DNA of 63,277 bases from Candidatus Daviesbacteria bacterium (lineage in GTDB: Bacteria; Patescibacteriota; Microgenomatia; Daviesbacterales; UBA10151), in NCBI GenBank assembly GCA_016176405.1, contig JACOXG010000011.1, forward strand, positions 1-63,277, in the 5' to 3' direction. This document shows positions 54,866 through 63,277 of this stretch, one piece after another. Both the position numbers and the translations under genes were made by a program. The notes beneath the pieces are model-generated. The model did not search any database, was not told where the DNA came from, and worked only from the letters and a program-made list of their open reading frames with translations. Within the stretch, counting starts at the first letter, position 1, and each line of letters starts with the position of its first letter.

Positions 54866-55400
54866 AGGTGGGCAGACATTGTTGGAATTGACCATAGTAG
54901 TGGGAATTACCGTGATTGTGGTGACAGCTTTAGTCTTTGCCACTATTTTCAGCCTCAGAAACGCTCAATTGGCTAAAAATCAAACTCAAGCTACTAAACT
55001 GGCCCAGGAAGGACTGGAAAGAGTCAGAAGCGGCAGGAGTAGAAACCTACCCATTACCGGTATCGGAAGTGTGACCAGTTGGAATGGTGATACGAGTGGG
55101 GCTGGAGCTATCTGGAGCTACACTATTAATGGAAATTGTGGGAATACCACTCTCCCTACCCCCACCTATTGCTACTTTACTCTCTCTTCTAAAACCTCTG
55201 ATAATTCACTAAACTACCTGGCTGTTTCTGATAAGTTTCCAGTCAGCAGCAGTGTTGAGAAAATTGATCAATTCGAGAGAGCCATTATTATTAGTGATGG
55301 CTCCTCTGCTTCCGAAAAAAAAGTCACATCTGTTGTTAAATGGACTGATGCGGCAGGTCCGCATGAGGCCAAAGTGACTACCATATTAGGGAAACTATGA
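54852..55400 (+). CDS. minor pilin-like protein (atypical +1 Gln)
   Basis: GGQTLLELTIVVGITVIVV with Glu at +5. Confidence 0.7.
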   Translation: MQRREGGQTLLELTIVVGITVIVVTALVFATIFSLRNAQLAKNQTQATKLAQEGLERVRSGRSRNLPITGIGSVTSWNGDTSGAGAIWSYTINGNCGNTTLPTPTYCYFTLSSKTSDNSLNYLAVSDKFPVSSSVEKIDQFERAIIISDGSSASEKKVTSVVKWTDAAGPHEAKVTTILGKL

Positions 55401-56065
55401 TAAGAAAAGTTCAAAGTTCGAAGTTCAAAGTTCGAAGTTCAAAGGGTTTTACCTTGGTTGAAATGCTGGTAGTGATAGCAGTATTGGGGGTGATTGGGTC
55501 ATTAATTTTAGCCATTTTCACCTCAACTTTGCGGGGCAGTAATAAATCTCAAATAATTTCTATTATTAAGCAAAACGGCCAATCTGTTTTAGAAACGATG
55601 GATAAAACTATCCGAAATTCTGAGGGTGTGGTCTGTGTATCTAGCGCAAATGATGTGATTGCTGTTGTCCAGGATAATATCTATACCAGATATAAATTTG
55701 TCACATCCTCCTCCTCAGCTAAAAGTGATTGCGTCACAGAAAATGGTTGCATACTGCAAGACAATCCGGTGAGGCCATCTTCCGGTTCAGAAGCTGATAT
55801 AGACCTATTCCTCGATAGTCTTTGTGTAAATCCTCTAGATTCACCCAAAATATTAACAGATACCAACAAGAAAACAGGTGTTTCTGTTAGAAAAACCAAG
55901 GATGCTTCAGGTAGTGAGCTGCCCTACATTAGCCGCAGTGAAAGATCAGGTTTTAAGGATGTGGTGACTATTCGCTTTAGCTTGGAGGAAGGTAAAGAGG
56001 CTCCTCCCGAGGTGGCTGGGCAGATTGATCCCATACCTTTTCAAACAAGCATAGAGTTAAGATGA
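55397..56065 (+). CDS. minor pilin / pseudopilin with long repeat-encoded leader
   Basis: KGFTLVEMLVVIAVLGV motif. The leader MIRKVQSSKFKVRSSK is encoded by the (AGTTCRA)x5 array. Confidence 0.8.
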   Translation: MIRKVQSSKFKVRSSKGFTLVEMLVVIAVLGVIGSLILAIFTSTLRGSNKSQIISIIKQNGQSVLETMDKTIRNSEGVVCVSSANDVIAVVQDNIYTRYKFVTSSSSAKSDCVTENGCILQDNPVRPSSGSEADIDLFLDSLCVNPLDSPKILTDTNKKTGVSVRKTKDASGSELPYISRSERSGFKDVVTIRFSLEEGKEAPPEVAGQIDPIPFQTSIELR

Positions 56066-56991
56066 GACTGTTGACAAATGTCCGTCAAAAATTGACAATT
56101 AAAGTAATGAAAGGCCAAACTCTGTTGGTAATTATTTTGGTTGTAACTGTGGCCTTGGCAATTGGACTCTCAGTGGTACAAAGAAGCTTAACAGACATAT
56201 CTACCTCCTCCAAAGTAGAAGAATCTGCCCGGGCTTTTTCCGCAGCTGAGGCAGGGATAGAGAGAGTCTTGCAGTCAGCTCCGGCAGGACCAACCAGTTT
56301 CACCTTACCTCTTACTGAAACCCAAGCTTCAGCCCAAGTTACTGATACCGGTTTACTTCCCATCACCTCGGCAGGTAGTACTCAGGTGGCTTTGGAAGAG
56401 GATCCGCCCTTATCCAAAGAGGAAGTCTCCCATATCTGGCTGGCTGATCCTGCTTCAAGTAGCAATACTCCCTCTGAATACTACAATCAGGATACTCTGG
56501 ATATCTATTGGGGTGAAAAAAATACCAGCCAAAAACCGGCCTTAGAACTTAAGATAGTCTGGCATGATGGCACAAATTATCAAGTACTACCCTTTTATTG
56601 GGATTCAGCCCCAGCCACCAGGACTACTCCTAATGGTTTTGATGACAAATCTGGCAATTGTTCGGATGATCCCGCTAGAAATACTGTCAATACCACCTCT
56701 GGTAATAACAGACCATTTTATTGCAAGACTACCATCACTGGATTATCCAGCAATAGAAGATTGATCCTCTTAAGAGCCAGAATTTTGTATAGTGGGGATC
56801 CTCAGCCTTTTGCGGTGGGACCTATTGGTAGTTGTGGTCAAGGTTGTTCTCTCCCCCGTCAGGTCCAAATTCTCACTTCCACCGGTACTGCTGGAGAGAC
56901 ACAAAGAAAGGTTCGAGTCTCTAAAAAGATTAAGGTTGTTCCCTTCTATTTTGACTATGCCATCTTCTCGGCAGGAGATATAAGTAAGTGA
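56062..56991 (+). CDS. PilX-like pilus-associated protein
   Basis: MKGQTLLVIILVVTVALAIG hydrophobic N-terminus without Glu5; alternative start ATG 56107. Confidence 0.6.
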   Translation: MRLLTNVRQKLTIKVMKGQTLLVIILVVTVALAIGLSVVQRSLTDISTSSKVEESARAFSAAEAGIERVLQSAPAGPTSFTLPLTETQASAQVTDTGLLPITSAGSTQVALEEDPPLSKEEVSHIWLADPASSSNTPSEYYNQDTLDIYWGEKNTSQKPALELKIVWHDGTNYQVLPFYWDSAPATRTTPNGFDDKSGNCSDDPARNTVNTTSGNNRPFYCKTTITGLSSNRRLILLRARILYSGDPQPFAVGPIGSCGQGCSLPRQVQILTSTGTAGETQRKVRVSKKIKVVPFYFDYAIFSAGDISK

Positions 56992-56999
56992 CGCTTTGC

Positions 57000-57037
57000 G
57001 TCATCCTGAGGAGCCATAAAGGCGACGAAGGATCTGG
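57000..57037 (+). repeat. single copy of the GTCATCCTGAG..CGAAGGATC family
   Basis: GTCATCCTGAGGAGCCATAAAGGCGACGAAGGATCTGG between two pilin-like genes. Confidence 0.75.
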
Positions 57038-57042
57038 AAATT

Positions 57043-57441
57043 ATGTCAAATGAAAAAGGTCTTTCCCTCATTGAAGTACTGCTGATCATTGCCATCATTG
57101 GGGTAACAGTCATACTTTTAGCCAATATTCCCAATGCCATGAATTTAATTACCAGAAGCAGACATACCTCTTTAGCCAGAGAAATTGCCACCAAACAAAT
57201 TGAAGATAAAAGAGCGGTAAATTATATAAATTTGGCTAATGGTTCCTCAAATATTAGCGATTCCCGAATGAGTCAACTTCCCCAAGGATCAGGTACTATT
57301 TTAATCGAAGATTGCGATCTGTCAGTTTGCACCAACTCAGAAGCCATTAAAACAATTACCGTCACTGTCAATTGGTTAAATAACAGTAAACCACAGACTC
57401 TGACCTTAACTACTTTTATTGGCCAAGGAGGACTACAGTGA
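57043..57441 (+). CDS. minor pilin / pseudopilin
   Basis: KGLSLIEVLLIIAIIGV motif. Confidence 0.75.
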   Translation: MSNEKGLSLIEVLLIIAIIGVTVILLANIPNAMNLITRSRHTSLAREIATKQIEDKRAVNYINLANGSSNISDSRMSQLPQGSGTILIEDCDLSVCTNSEAIKTITVTVNWLNNSKPQTLTLTTFIGQGGLQ

Positions 57442-58010
57442 AAGAGAGAGGGGTGACTATTTCCGAGGCTTTGATTGTTTTGGCCATCACCGCTTTAGTG
57501 GGTTCAATACTCACAGCCATTATTGTCAACAGTACTGGCTTATTTTATAAAGAATCTTCCAAAGTCCAACAGGGTTTGGGATTAAATGATGCTCTAGCCA
57601 AAATTAGGGTGAATGTTAAAGAGGCCTCCTCGATTGCCTCTTCATTTGTTGATCAAGGCACGACTTACACATCTTCTGCTACTCAGCTAGTTTTACAAGT
57701 ACCCTCGATTGACTCAGGGGGTAATATCATTGCCAATACCTTTGATCATGTGGTAATTTATCTGGATGGAACTCTACTTCGATTTAAACTATTTCCTAAT
57801 CAACTAAGTAGCAGGATATTGGTTGATGAAATCCTGACGACTGTGGCAGAAGCTATTGTTTTTAAATATTATGACAGCGCTAATCCTCCCCAAGAAGTCT
57901 CGCCTATTGCAGCCGAAAAAGTGCAGATTAGTCTGACAGTCAAACAAAAGGCGGGAGCCAACTTTGAAACAGCCACAGCCACATCGGAGGCAAATTTAAG
58001 AAATGATTAA
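57438..58010 (+). CDS. minor pilin-like protein
   Basis: RGVTISEALIVLAITALVG with Glu at +5. Confidence 0.7.
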   Translation: MKERGVTISEALIVLAITALVGSILTAIIVNSTGLFYKESSKVQQGLGLNDALAKIRVNVKEASSIASSFVDQGTTYTSSATQLVLQVPSIDSGGNIIANTFDHVVIYLDGTLLRFKLFPNQLSSRILVDEILTTVAEAIVFKYYDSANPPQEVSPIAAEKVQISLTVKQKAGANFETATATSEANLRND

Positions 58011-59787
58011 TCAGAAGGGTCAAGTATTAGTAATTGTCATTGCTGCCTTAGGGATAGTTCTTTTTACAGTGCTTTTTATTATTGCCGGAGCCCAGCTTTA
58101 TTTCCAAAACTCTGCCTATAATGTTAACGCAGAAAAGGCCACAGCTTTGGCTGAGGCAGGAATTGACAAAGCCATCAATGCTTTAAATGCCACCGGCGGA
58201 AATTATACTGGTGAGACAGAAACCAGCTTGGGTGATGGTTCATTCTCTGTGACAATCACCCCGGTTGATACTACCACCTCCATCATAGAATCGACCGGTT
58301 ATGTGCCAAATAAATCAAATCCCAAAGCTAAAAGAACCATCAAAATTACCACCTCCAAAGGAGTAGGGATAGCTTTTAATTACGGTATCCAGGTTGGTGA
58401 GGGCGGTTTGGAGTTAGGTAATAGTAATTTAGTGAAAGGATCAGTCTATTCCAATGGTAGTATCACAGCTGGCAATACCAATGAGATCACAGGTGATGTT
58501 TGGGTGGCAGGCGGGCCACAGCCTAATCCTGATCAGGCTGCTCCCGATTGTGTGGATAATAATTGTCAAGATTTTATTTTTGGTAGATCTGTTAATGGCG
58601 AGAGTCATCTTGATGTGGCTCAAAGCTTTAAACCCCAAGAGAGCGGAGTTTTAAACAAGGTCTCGATCAGAATAAAAAAATTTGGTTCTCCCCCCAATAT
58701 CACAGTCAGGATTTTACAAGATGATGATGGTGAACCAGACAAAAATGCTGTTTTAACTACCGGAACACTCTATGCTTCTTTAGTCACCGCCAGCTACGGT
58801 TGGATTGATATCACTTTCAACTCCTCCCCTGCTTTAACCCAAGACGAATCATATTGGTTAATGTTTGATACCTCATCAGATAATAATAATTATTGGTCTT
58901 GGCAAAATGATCTGGCTCAAAGTTATACTCGAGGAGTGCCCAAGTGGTCCCCCAATTGGTCAATCGGCAATGCTCAGTGGAACTCTTTTAATGGAGATTT
59001 AGCCTTCAAGGACTATTTGGGAGGAGCTCCCACATCTGTGAGAGCCAACAGCAGTAAAATGGAGGTAGGAGGCGAAGTCCATGCCAACACCATCCAAAAT
59101 CTGGAAATTGAGGGAAATGCTTATTATCAAACCATCATTACCTCAACAGTTAATGGTACTTCTAATCCTGGTTCAGCTGATCCTCCGCCCAAAGTTTTTC
59201 CCATTTCTGAGGCCAATATAGCAGAATGGAAGGATCAGGCAGATGGAGAAGATAATGATAATACCACCGGGCCTATCTCAAATTGTGTCTCAACTTTGGG
59301 GCCAATCAAGGTGATAGGCGATGTTAATTTTGACAGTGGTTGTAGGGTTACTATCAAAAGTCCCATCTGGATCACAGGCAATTTGACCATGAATAGTAAC
59401 AATGTTTTAACTTTGGATTCCTCATGGGGAGCGGGCTCAGGGGTGATGGTGGTGGATGGAACAATCGAGATGAACAGCAATAACCACTTAAATGGTACTG
59501 GAGTGGGTACCAGCTTGCTGATGGGGTTGTCCAATTATAATTCTCCTCAAAATGGGGGATTAGCAGCCATCAAGGTTAATAGTAATGGTAATACGGGAGT
59601 TTATTATGCCTCCTCTGGTATTATTGAGCCTGGTACCGCCAACTCCTTTAAGGAATTAACTGCCTGGGGAATCAGATTGGTCAGTAACTCTGTCATTGAT
59701 TATGAAACAGGCTTATCCTCTACCCTTTTTACTTCAGGACCGACGGGTGCATATACTTTACTGAAAGGAACATATCAGGTTAAATAG
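58003..59787 (+). CDS. large pilus-associated protein (PilX/PilY-like position), beta-helix-like repeats
   Basis: KGQVLVIVIAALGIVLF N-terminus; GSVYSNGSITAGNTNEITGDVWVAG repeat-like stretch. Confidence 0.6.
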   Translation: MINQKGQVLVIVIAALGIVLFTVLFIIAGAQLYFQNSAYNVNAEKATALAEAGIDKAINALNATGGNYTGETETSLGDGSFSVTITPVDTTTSIIESTGYVPNKSNPKAKRTIKITTSKGVGIAFNYGIQVGEGGLELGNSNLVKGSVYSNGSITAGNTNEITGDVWVAGGPQPNPDQAAPDCVDNNCQDFIFGRSVNGESHLDVAQSFKPQESGVLNKVSIRIKKFGSPPNITVRILQDDDGEPDKNAVLTTGTLYASLVTASYGWIDITFNSSPALTQDESYWLMFDTSSDNNNYWSWQNDLAQSYTRGVPKWSPNWSIGNAQWNSFNGDLAFKDYLGGAPTSVRANSSKMEVGGEVHANTIQNLEIEGNAYYQTIITSTVNGTSNPGSADPPPKVFPISEANIAEWKDQADGEDNDNTTGPISNCVSTLGPIKVIGDVNFDSGCRVTIKSPIWITGNLTMNSNNVLTLDSSWGAGSGVMVVDGTIEMNSNNHLNGTGVGTSLLMGLSNYNSPQNGGLAAIKVNSNGNTGVYYASSGIIEPGTANSFKELTAWGIRLVSNSVIDYETGLSSTLFTSGPTGAYTLLKGTYQVK

Positions 59788-59789
59788 AA

Positions 59790-59817
59790 TCTAGAGTCTA
59801 GAATCTAGATTCTAGAT
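59790..59817. repeat. (TCTAGAN)x4 heptamer array, with CTAG-rich partner arm near 59840-59870
   Basis: tctagag tctagaa tctagat tctagat read directly. Confidence 0.8.
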
Positions 59818-59878
59818 AGTGTAAAGTTTAATTATTGTCTAGTCTCTAGACTCTAGCGACTAGTCACTATTACTGCCT

Positions 59879-60916
59879 ATGGCAAAAGTTACTGTTGGTT
59901 TAGATATTGGTCTTTCCTCGATTAAAGCAGTTTCCTTAGCTGCCGATCATGGTCAATTTAAACTCCTCTCCTTAGCCACCATTTCCTCTCCCCAACCAGG
60001 CATGTTATCTGATAATGAGGCTGATTTAGAGGCAGTGGCTCAATCCATCAAAAAGTTACTCTCCTCAGCCAGAATTGATACCAGGGAGGTAGTGATGGCT
60101 TTGCCAGAATCCAAAGTCTTCACCAGGGTAATAGATGATTTGCCGTATCTGACCGATCAAGAGCTTTCCTCCGCCATCCGTTATGCTGCTGAGGAGTTTA
60201 TTCCCATGCCCCTTTTAGATGTTAATTTAAATTGGCAAGTCCTATCACGCTCCGACAACAAGAATAAAAAAGAAAGAACTGTGGTTTTTGTGATAGCTTC
60301 TCCCAAAAATATTGTATCCAAATATATTAAGGTTTTGGGATTGGCAGGACTGACCCCCAAAGCTTTAGAAACTGAGATTATTGCCGTAACCCGTTCTTTG
60401 GTGGGTAATAATCCCTTTTCACCAAATACTTTAATAGTGCAGCTTGGTTCCACTACCACAGATTTTGCCACCGTGGCTGGTGGCTTAATCTGGCTAACCA
60501 GATCCATCTCCACTGGCGGCATGTCTTTAACCAGATCTTTGGCTCAACAATTTAACTTTGAGGTGGTTCAGGCAGAAGAATATAAAAAGGTTTATGGACT
60601 TTTGGAAGATCAACTGGAAGGTAAAGTGTTGGAGGCTTTAAAACCGATTGTGGATATTATTGTGACCGAATCAAAAAGAGTCATCCAAGGTTATAACACC
60701 AAATATCCCCAGAATCCTGTTAAAAGGGTGGTTTTATCCGGCGGTGGAGCTAAGATGCCAGGACTAGTGATTTATTTTGCCAACAATTTAGGCTTAGAAG
60801 TGCAAGAGGCTGATCCCTGGTTTTCTATTTCTAAAGACCGGGCCATTGCCTCAAAACTGACCAAAGATGCTCCACTCTACTCTGTGGCAGTCGGGTTGGC
60901 TTTAAGAGAGGGGTAG
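59879..60916 (+). CDS. pilM: type IV pilus assembly protein PilM (actin-like ATPase fold)
   Basis: VGLDIGLSSIKAV start, 345 aa, GGGAKMPGL motif. Confidence 0.9.
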   Translation: MAKVTVGLDIGLSSIKAVSLAADHGQFKLLSLATISSPQPGMLSDNEADLEAVAQSIKKLLSSARIDTREVVMALPESKVFTRVIDDLPYLTDQELSSAIRYAAEEFIPMPLLDVNLNWQVLSRSDNKNKKERTVVFVIASPKNIVSKYIKVLGLAGLTPKALETEIIAVTRSLVGNNPFSPNTLIVQLGSTTTDFATVAGGLIWLTRSISTGGMSLTRSLAQQFNFEVVQAEEYKKVYGLLEDQLEGKVLEALKPIVDIIVTESKRVIQGYNTKYPQNPVKRVVLSGGGAKMPGLVIYFANNLGLEVQEADPWFSISKDRAIASKLTKDAPLYSVAVGLALREG

Positions 60917-60924
60917 GTTTCAAA

Positions 60925-61458
60925 ATGATCAACATTAATTTATTACCTCAGGAATTTACATTTGAAAGAAGTAAGAAGGTGAGATTTTTTAAAATCCAAG
61001 CTTTGGGAGTAGCAATCTTACTCTTTTTTATTTTTCTCTCCTCCTTGACCGTGGCTTTGAGAATTTTGCAAAGTCGAAATATTGATTTAGTCCGTACCAA
61101 GCTAAGTGCGGTGGAGCAAAGAATCACCAGTGAAATAGATAAACAAGGTTCAGTTCTGCTGGTCAAAGATAGATTAAACACAATTAATCAATTTTTGGGG
61201 GTTTCTTCTGAGCAAGCCTCCATATATAAATTAATCACCTCTCTGATTCCTGCAGGCGTTTTGGTCTCTAACATGTCCATAGATAAAAACAGTGATGTGA
61301 CTTTACAAATAACTGTGCCTGATGCTAATTCTTTAGATAATCTGATCAGCTCTCTTTTAAATACAGAGAAGAATGAAGGTAAAATTACTAAAATCGATGT
61401 GGAAAATTTAAGTCGAGCTCAGGGTGGCATTTATAGAGTAGGTTTGAAGGTTAAATAA
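60925..61458 (+). CDS. pilN: PilN-like bitopic protein
   Basis: MININLLPQE followed by a single TM helix. Confidence 0.78.
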   Translation: MININLLPQEFTFERSKKVRFFKIQALGVAILLFFIFLSSLTVALRILQSRNIDLVRTKLSAVEQRITSEIDKQGSVLLVKDRLNTINQFLGVSSEQASIYKLITSLIPAGVLVSNMSIDKNSDVTLQITVPDANSLDNLISSLLNTEKNEGKITKIDVENLSRAQGGIYRVGLKVK

Positions 61459-61483
61459 GGAACAGGAGACAAAAACATAAAGA

Positions 61484-62173
61484 ATGAACAAAGAAGCTCT
61501 AGGTAAATTTTACTATGCATATAGGCTCTACATATTTCCCCTGGTGATAGGGTTGTCTTGCATAATTTTAATAATTTTGGTGATTTATCCACAAATCTCT
61601 AAATTGATTAGCAATAGGAAGGTGGAAGGGGAGCTTAAAGACAAAACAATACTTTTGGAGGCTAAAGCCGAACAGTTGGAAAGTTTTGATGCGCAAGCTT
61701 TGTCAAAAAGAGTTGATTATGTGCTAAGTTCTTATCCAGCTGAGAAAGATTTTGCCACCACGGTGGGTTTGATTCCCCAAATAGCAGCCAATTCCGGGTT
61801 TAGTGTGACATCGCTTAATTTCGCCTCATCATCATCTGAAGGAGAAAAAAATTACAGGGTCTCCCTTGATGTGATTGGTCCAGGATCGTTAATCGACACT
61901 TTTGTGTCAGATATTGAAAGCTCGGCCAGATTGATGAGAGTCAGTAATCTGGAAATATCAGCAGGTAGAAGTGGTGATGAGATTAATGCCACCATTGGGA
62001 TTGATGTTTTGTATAGTTCACTGCCTGCGGAATTTGGCACAGTTGATACTCCTTTACCTGAGTTCTCTGCCAAAGATGAAGATGTTATTGCCAAATTGGC
62101 TCAAACTGCTCCAGCAGTTGCTACTGTCTTTATTTCATCCGGTCCAAAAGGAAAAACTAATCCATTTGAGTAA
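61484..62173 (+). CDS. pilO: PilO-like bitopic protein
   Basis: N-terminal TM, coiled-coil segment, position after pilN. Confidence 0.62.
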   Translation: MNKEALGKFYYAYRLYIFPLVIGLSCIILIILVIYPQISKLISNRKVEGELKDKTILLEAKAEQLESFDAQALSKRVDYVLSSYPAEKDFATTVGLIPQIAANSGFSVTSLNFASSSSEGEKNYRVSLDVIGPGSLIDTFVSDIESSARLMRVSNLEISAGRSGDEINATIGIDVLYSSLPAEFGTVDTPLPEFSAKDEDVIAKLAQTAPAVATVFISSGPKGKTNPFE

Positions 62174-62175
62174 AG

Positions 62176-62871
62176 TTACAAAAGGTCTGGCCTGACCTTT
62201 TTAGTCTTCTTAATAGCTTGTTCTTTTCTCCATTTAGCAATTTTTTGATGGTTTCCAGAAAGTAGGATAGCAGGAACTTTTTTACCTTCAAATATTTCTG
62301 GTCTGGTATATTGAGGATGCTCTAGTAATTTGTAATTTGGAATTTGAAATTTGAAATTTGAGAATGATTCATTCTGTGTGGCTTCCTCCTTTTCAAGAAC
62401 TCCAGGGATTAATCTCACCACAGAATCCACAATTACCATGGCAGGAATTTCTCCACCAGTTAAAACATAGTCTCCAATAGAGATTTCCAAATCTACGTAT
62501 TCATCTATAAATCTTTGATCAACTCCTTCGTAATGCCCACAGACTATGATTAAATGTTCTATTTTTGATAGTCTTTGGGCATCTGATTGTTTGTAAGGTT
62601 TACCTGATGCAGAGGTGAGGATAACTTTCCCCTTTCCCCTTTCCCCTTTCCCCTTTTTTAATGCCTTAGCCAAAATATCAGCTCTTAGAACCATTCCTGC
62701 TCCCCCACCATAGACTCTATCATCTACAACTTTATGTTTTCCTTCACCAAAGTCTCTTAAATTAATAAGTTCAAATTTGACCATGCCTTTTTGTTGGGCT
62801 CTTTTAAGGATAGATGAATTTAATATGGGATCAAAAACTTGGGGGAAAAGAGTGATTATAGATATCTTCAT
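62176..62871 (-). CDS. trmD: tRNA (guanine37-N1)-methyltransferase
   Basis: YGGGAGMVL, VCGHYEGVDQR, LTGGE motifs. Contains two heptamer arrays. Confidence 0.95.
   Translation of the reverse strand: MKISIITLFPQVFDPILNSSILKRAQQKGMVKFELINLRDFGEGKHKVVDDRVYGGGAGMVLRADILAKALKKGKGERGKGKVILTSASGKPYKQSDAQRLSKIEHLIIVCGHYEGVDQRFIDEYVDLEISIGDYVLTGGEIPAMVIVDSVVRLIPGVLEKEEATQNESFSNFKFQIPNYKLLEHPQYTRPEIFEGKKVPAILLSGNHQKIAKWRKEQAIKKTKKVRPDLL
62180..62201. terminator. stem-loop AAAAGGTC-N6-GACCTTTT at the pilO/trmD convergence
   Basis: 8-bp perfect stem with a T-run on the 3' arm; lies in the last codons of trmD. Confidence 0.4.
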
Positions 62872-62873
62872 GT

Positions 62874-62909
62874 AAACACCGGGTGTTGGTTAGCTTGAAA
62901 CCTCGGGAT
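62874..62909 (+). repeat. REP copy overlapping the 3' end of the KH-domain gene
   Basis: AAACACCGGGTGTTGGTTAGCTTGAAACCTCGGGAT. The reverse strand reads ..NPEVSS-stop. Confidence 0.8.
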
Positions 62910-63150
62910 TTTGTCCACCTGGTTCAGCAAGTTGCAAATTCACTCTAACGTTTTCAGCTATAGCTCTGACAGTTAAAAGCTTTCTAATTGCCCTAATTGT
63001 CTGGCCATTTTTACCAATAATTAGTCCCATATCAGATGGATCAACAGTTAAATTAAGATCTACATTACCCTCCTGATTGTTTTCTTCAATTTTAACAGCA
63101 TCCGGTTTGGTCACCAAACTGGTGACAATAAAATTAAGCAGGTCTTTCAT
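62890..63150 (-). CDS. KH-domain RNA-binding protein (YlqC/UPF0109-like)
   Basis: MKDLLNFIVTSLV..GLIIGKNGQTIRAIRKLL (GxxG KH motif). ATG 63150 preceded by AGGAG. The upstream ORF extension lies in heptamer-repeat DNA. Confidence 0.85.
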   Translation of the reverse strand: MKDLLNFIVTSLVTKPDAVKIEENNQEGNVDLNLTVDPSDMGLIIGKNGQTIRAIRKLLTVRAIAENVRVNLQLAEPGGQNPEVSS

Positions 63151-63277
63151 CTTTAGGCTCCTTTTCAGATGTGGGAGGTGTGACATGTGAGGTGGGATTT
63201 TGAGGTGGGATTTCTTGATTTTCTTGATCTTGATTCTCACTTCTCACCTCATTATCCATTTTCTCACTTCCCACTTC

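Overview
This is an AT-rich, gene-dense bacterial chromosome segment read with the standard code (TGA acts as a stop). Gene content suggests a Patescibacteria/CPR-like organism: a minimal holB, scattered murC/murD/murI/ddl, a type IV pilus locus without a secretin, many orphan secreted and membrane proteins, and no biosynthetic pathways. That taxonomic call is inference only. All family calls below come from motifs I recognise in the translated ORFs; no database was searched. Housekeeping genes: dnaB, tRNA-Leu(CAA), M1 aminopeptidase, efp, galU, lgt, a DksA/TraR-type zinc finger, a histidine kinase/response regulator pair, an RluA-type pseudouridine synthase, a Kef-type antiporter, YebC, ruvC, a Xer recombinase, gyrA, def, ddl, murD, murI, murC, gyrB, holB, trmD and a KH-domain protein. 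Accessory content: VapBC and Phd/Doc toxin-antitoxin pairs and a PaaX-like regulator. An MmyB-like XRE regulator is followed by an orphan two-gene operon encoding a degenerate E1/ThiF-fold protein; this is my best candidate for an undescribed system. A five-gene surface-protein cluster carries poly-proline linkers and CARDB, IPT/TIG, dockerin-like and cohesin-like modules. A 16.5-kb type IV pilus locus holds pilB, pilT, pilC, pilD, pilMNO and about eleven pilin-like genes, one fused to an endostatin/DUF1554-like domain. A RAYT (IS200-like Y1) transposase flanked by REP elements interrupts that locus. The most unusual sequence-level property is repeat invasion of coding and intergenic DNA. (i) A GTCATCCTGAGCG..CGAAGGATC inverted-repeat family flanks a GIY-YIG nuclease gene and also occurs as empty pairs, one in frame inside murC. 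(ii) A TTCCCACTT..AAGTGGGAA hairpin is translated as S-H-x-x-S-G inside def, murC and holB. (iii) The RAYT-associated REP is read in frame in holB and supplies the stop codon of the KH gene. (iv) Intergenic spacers are built from 7-bp-periodic degenerate word arrays arranged as long hairpins, and related heptamer arrays lie inside trmD and a pseudopilin leader.
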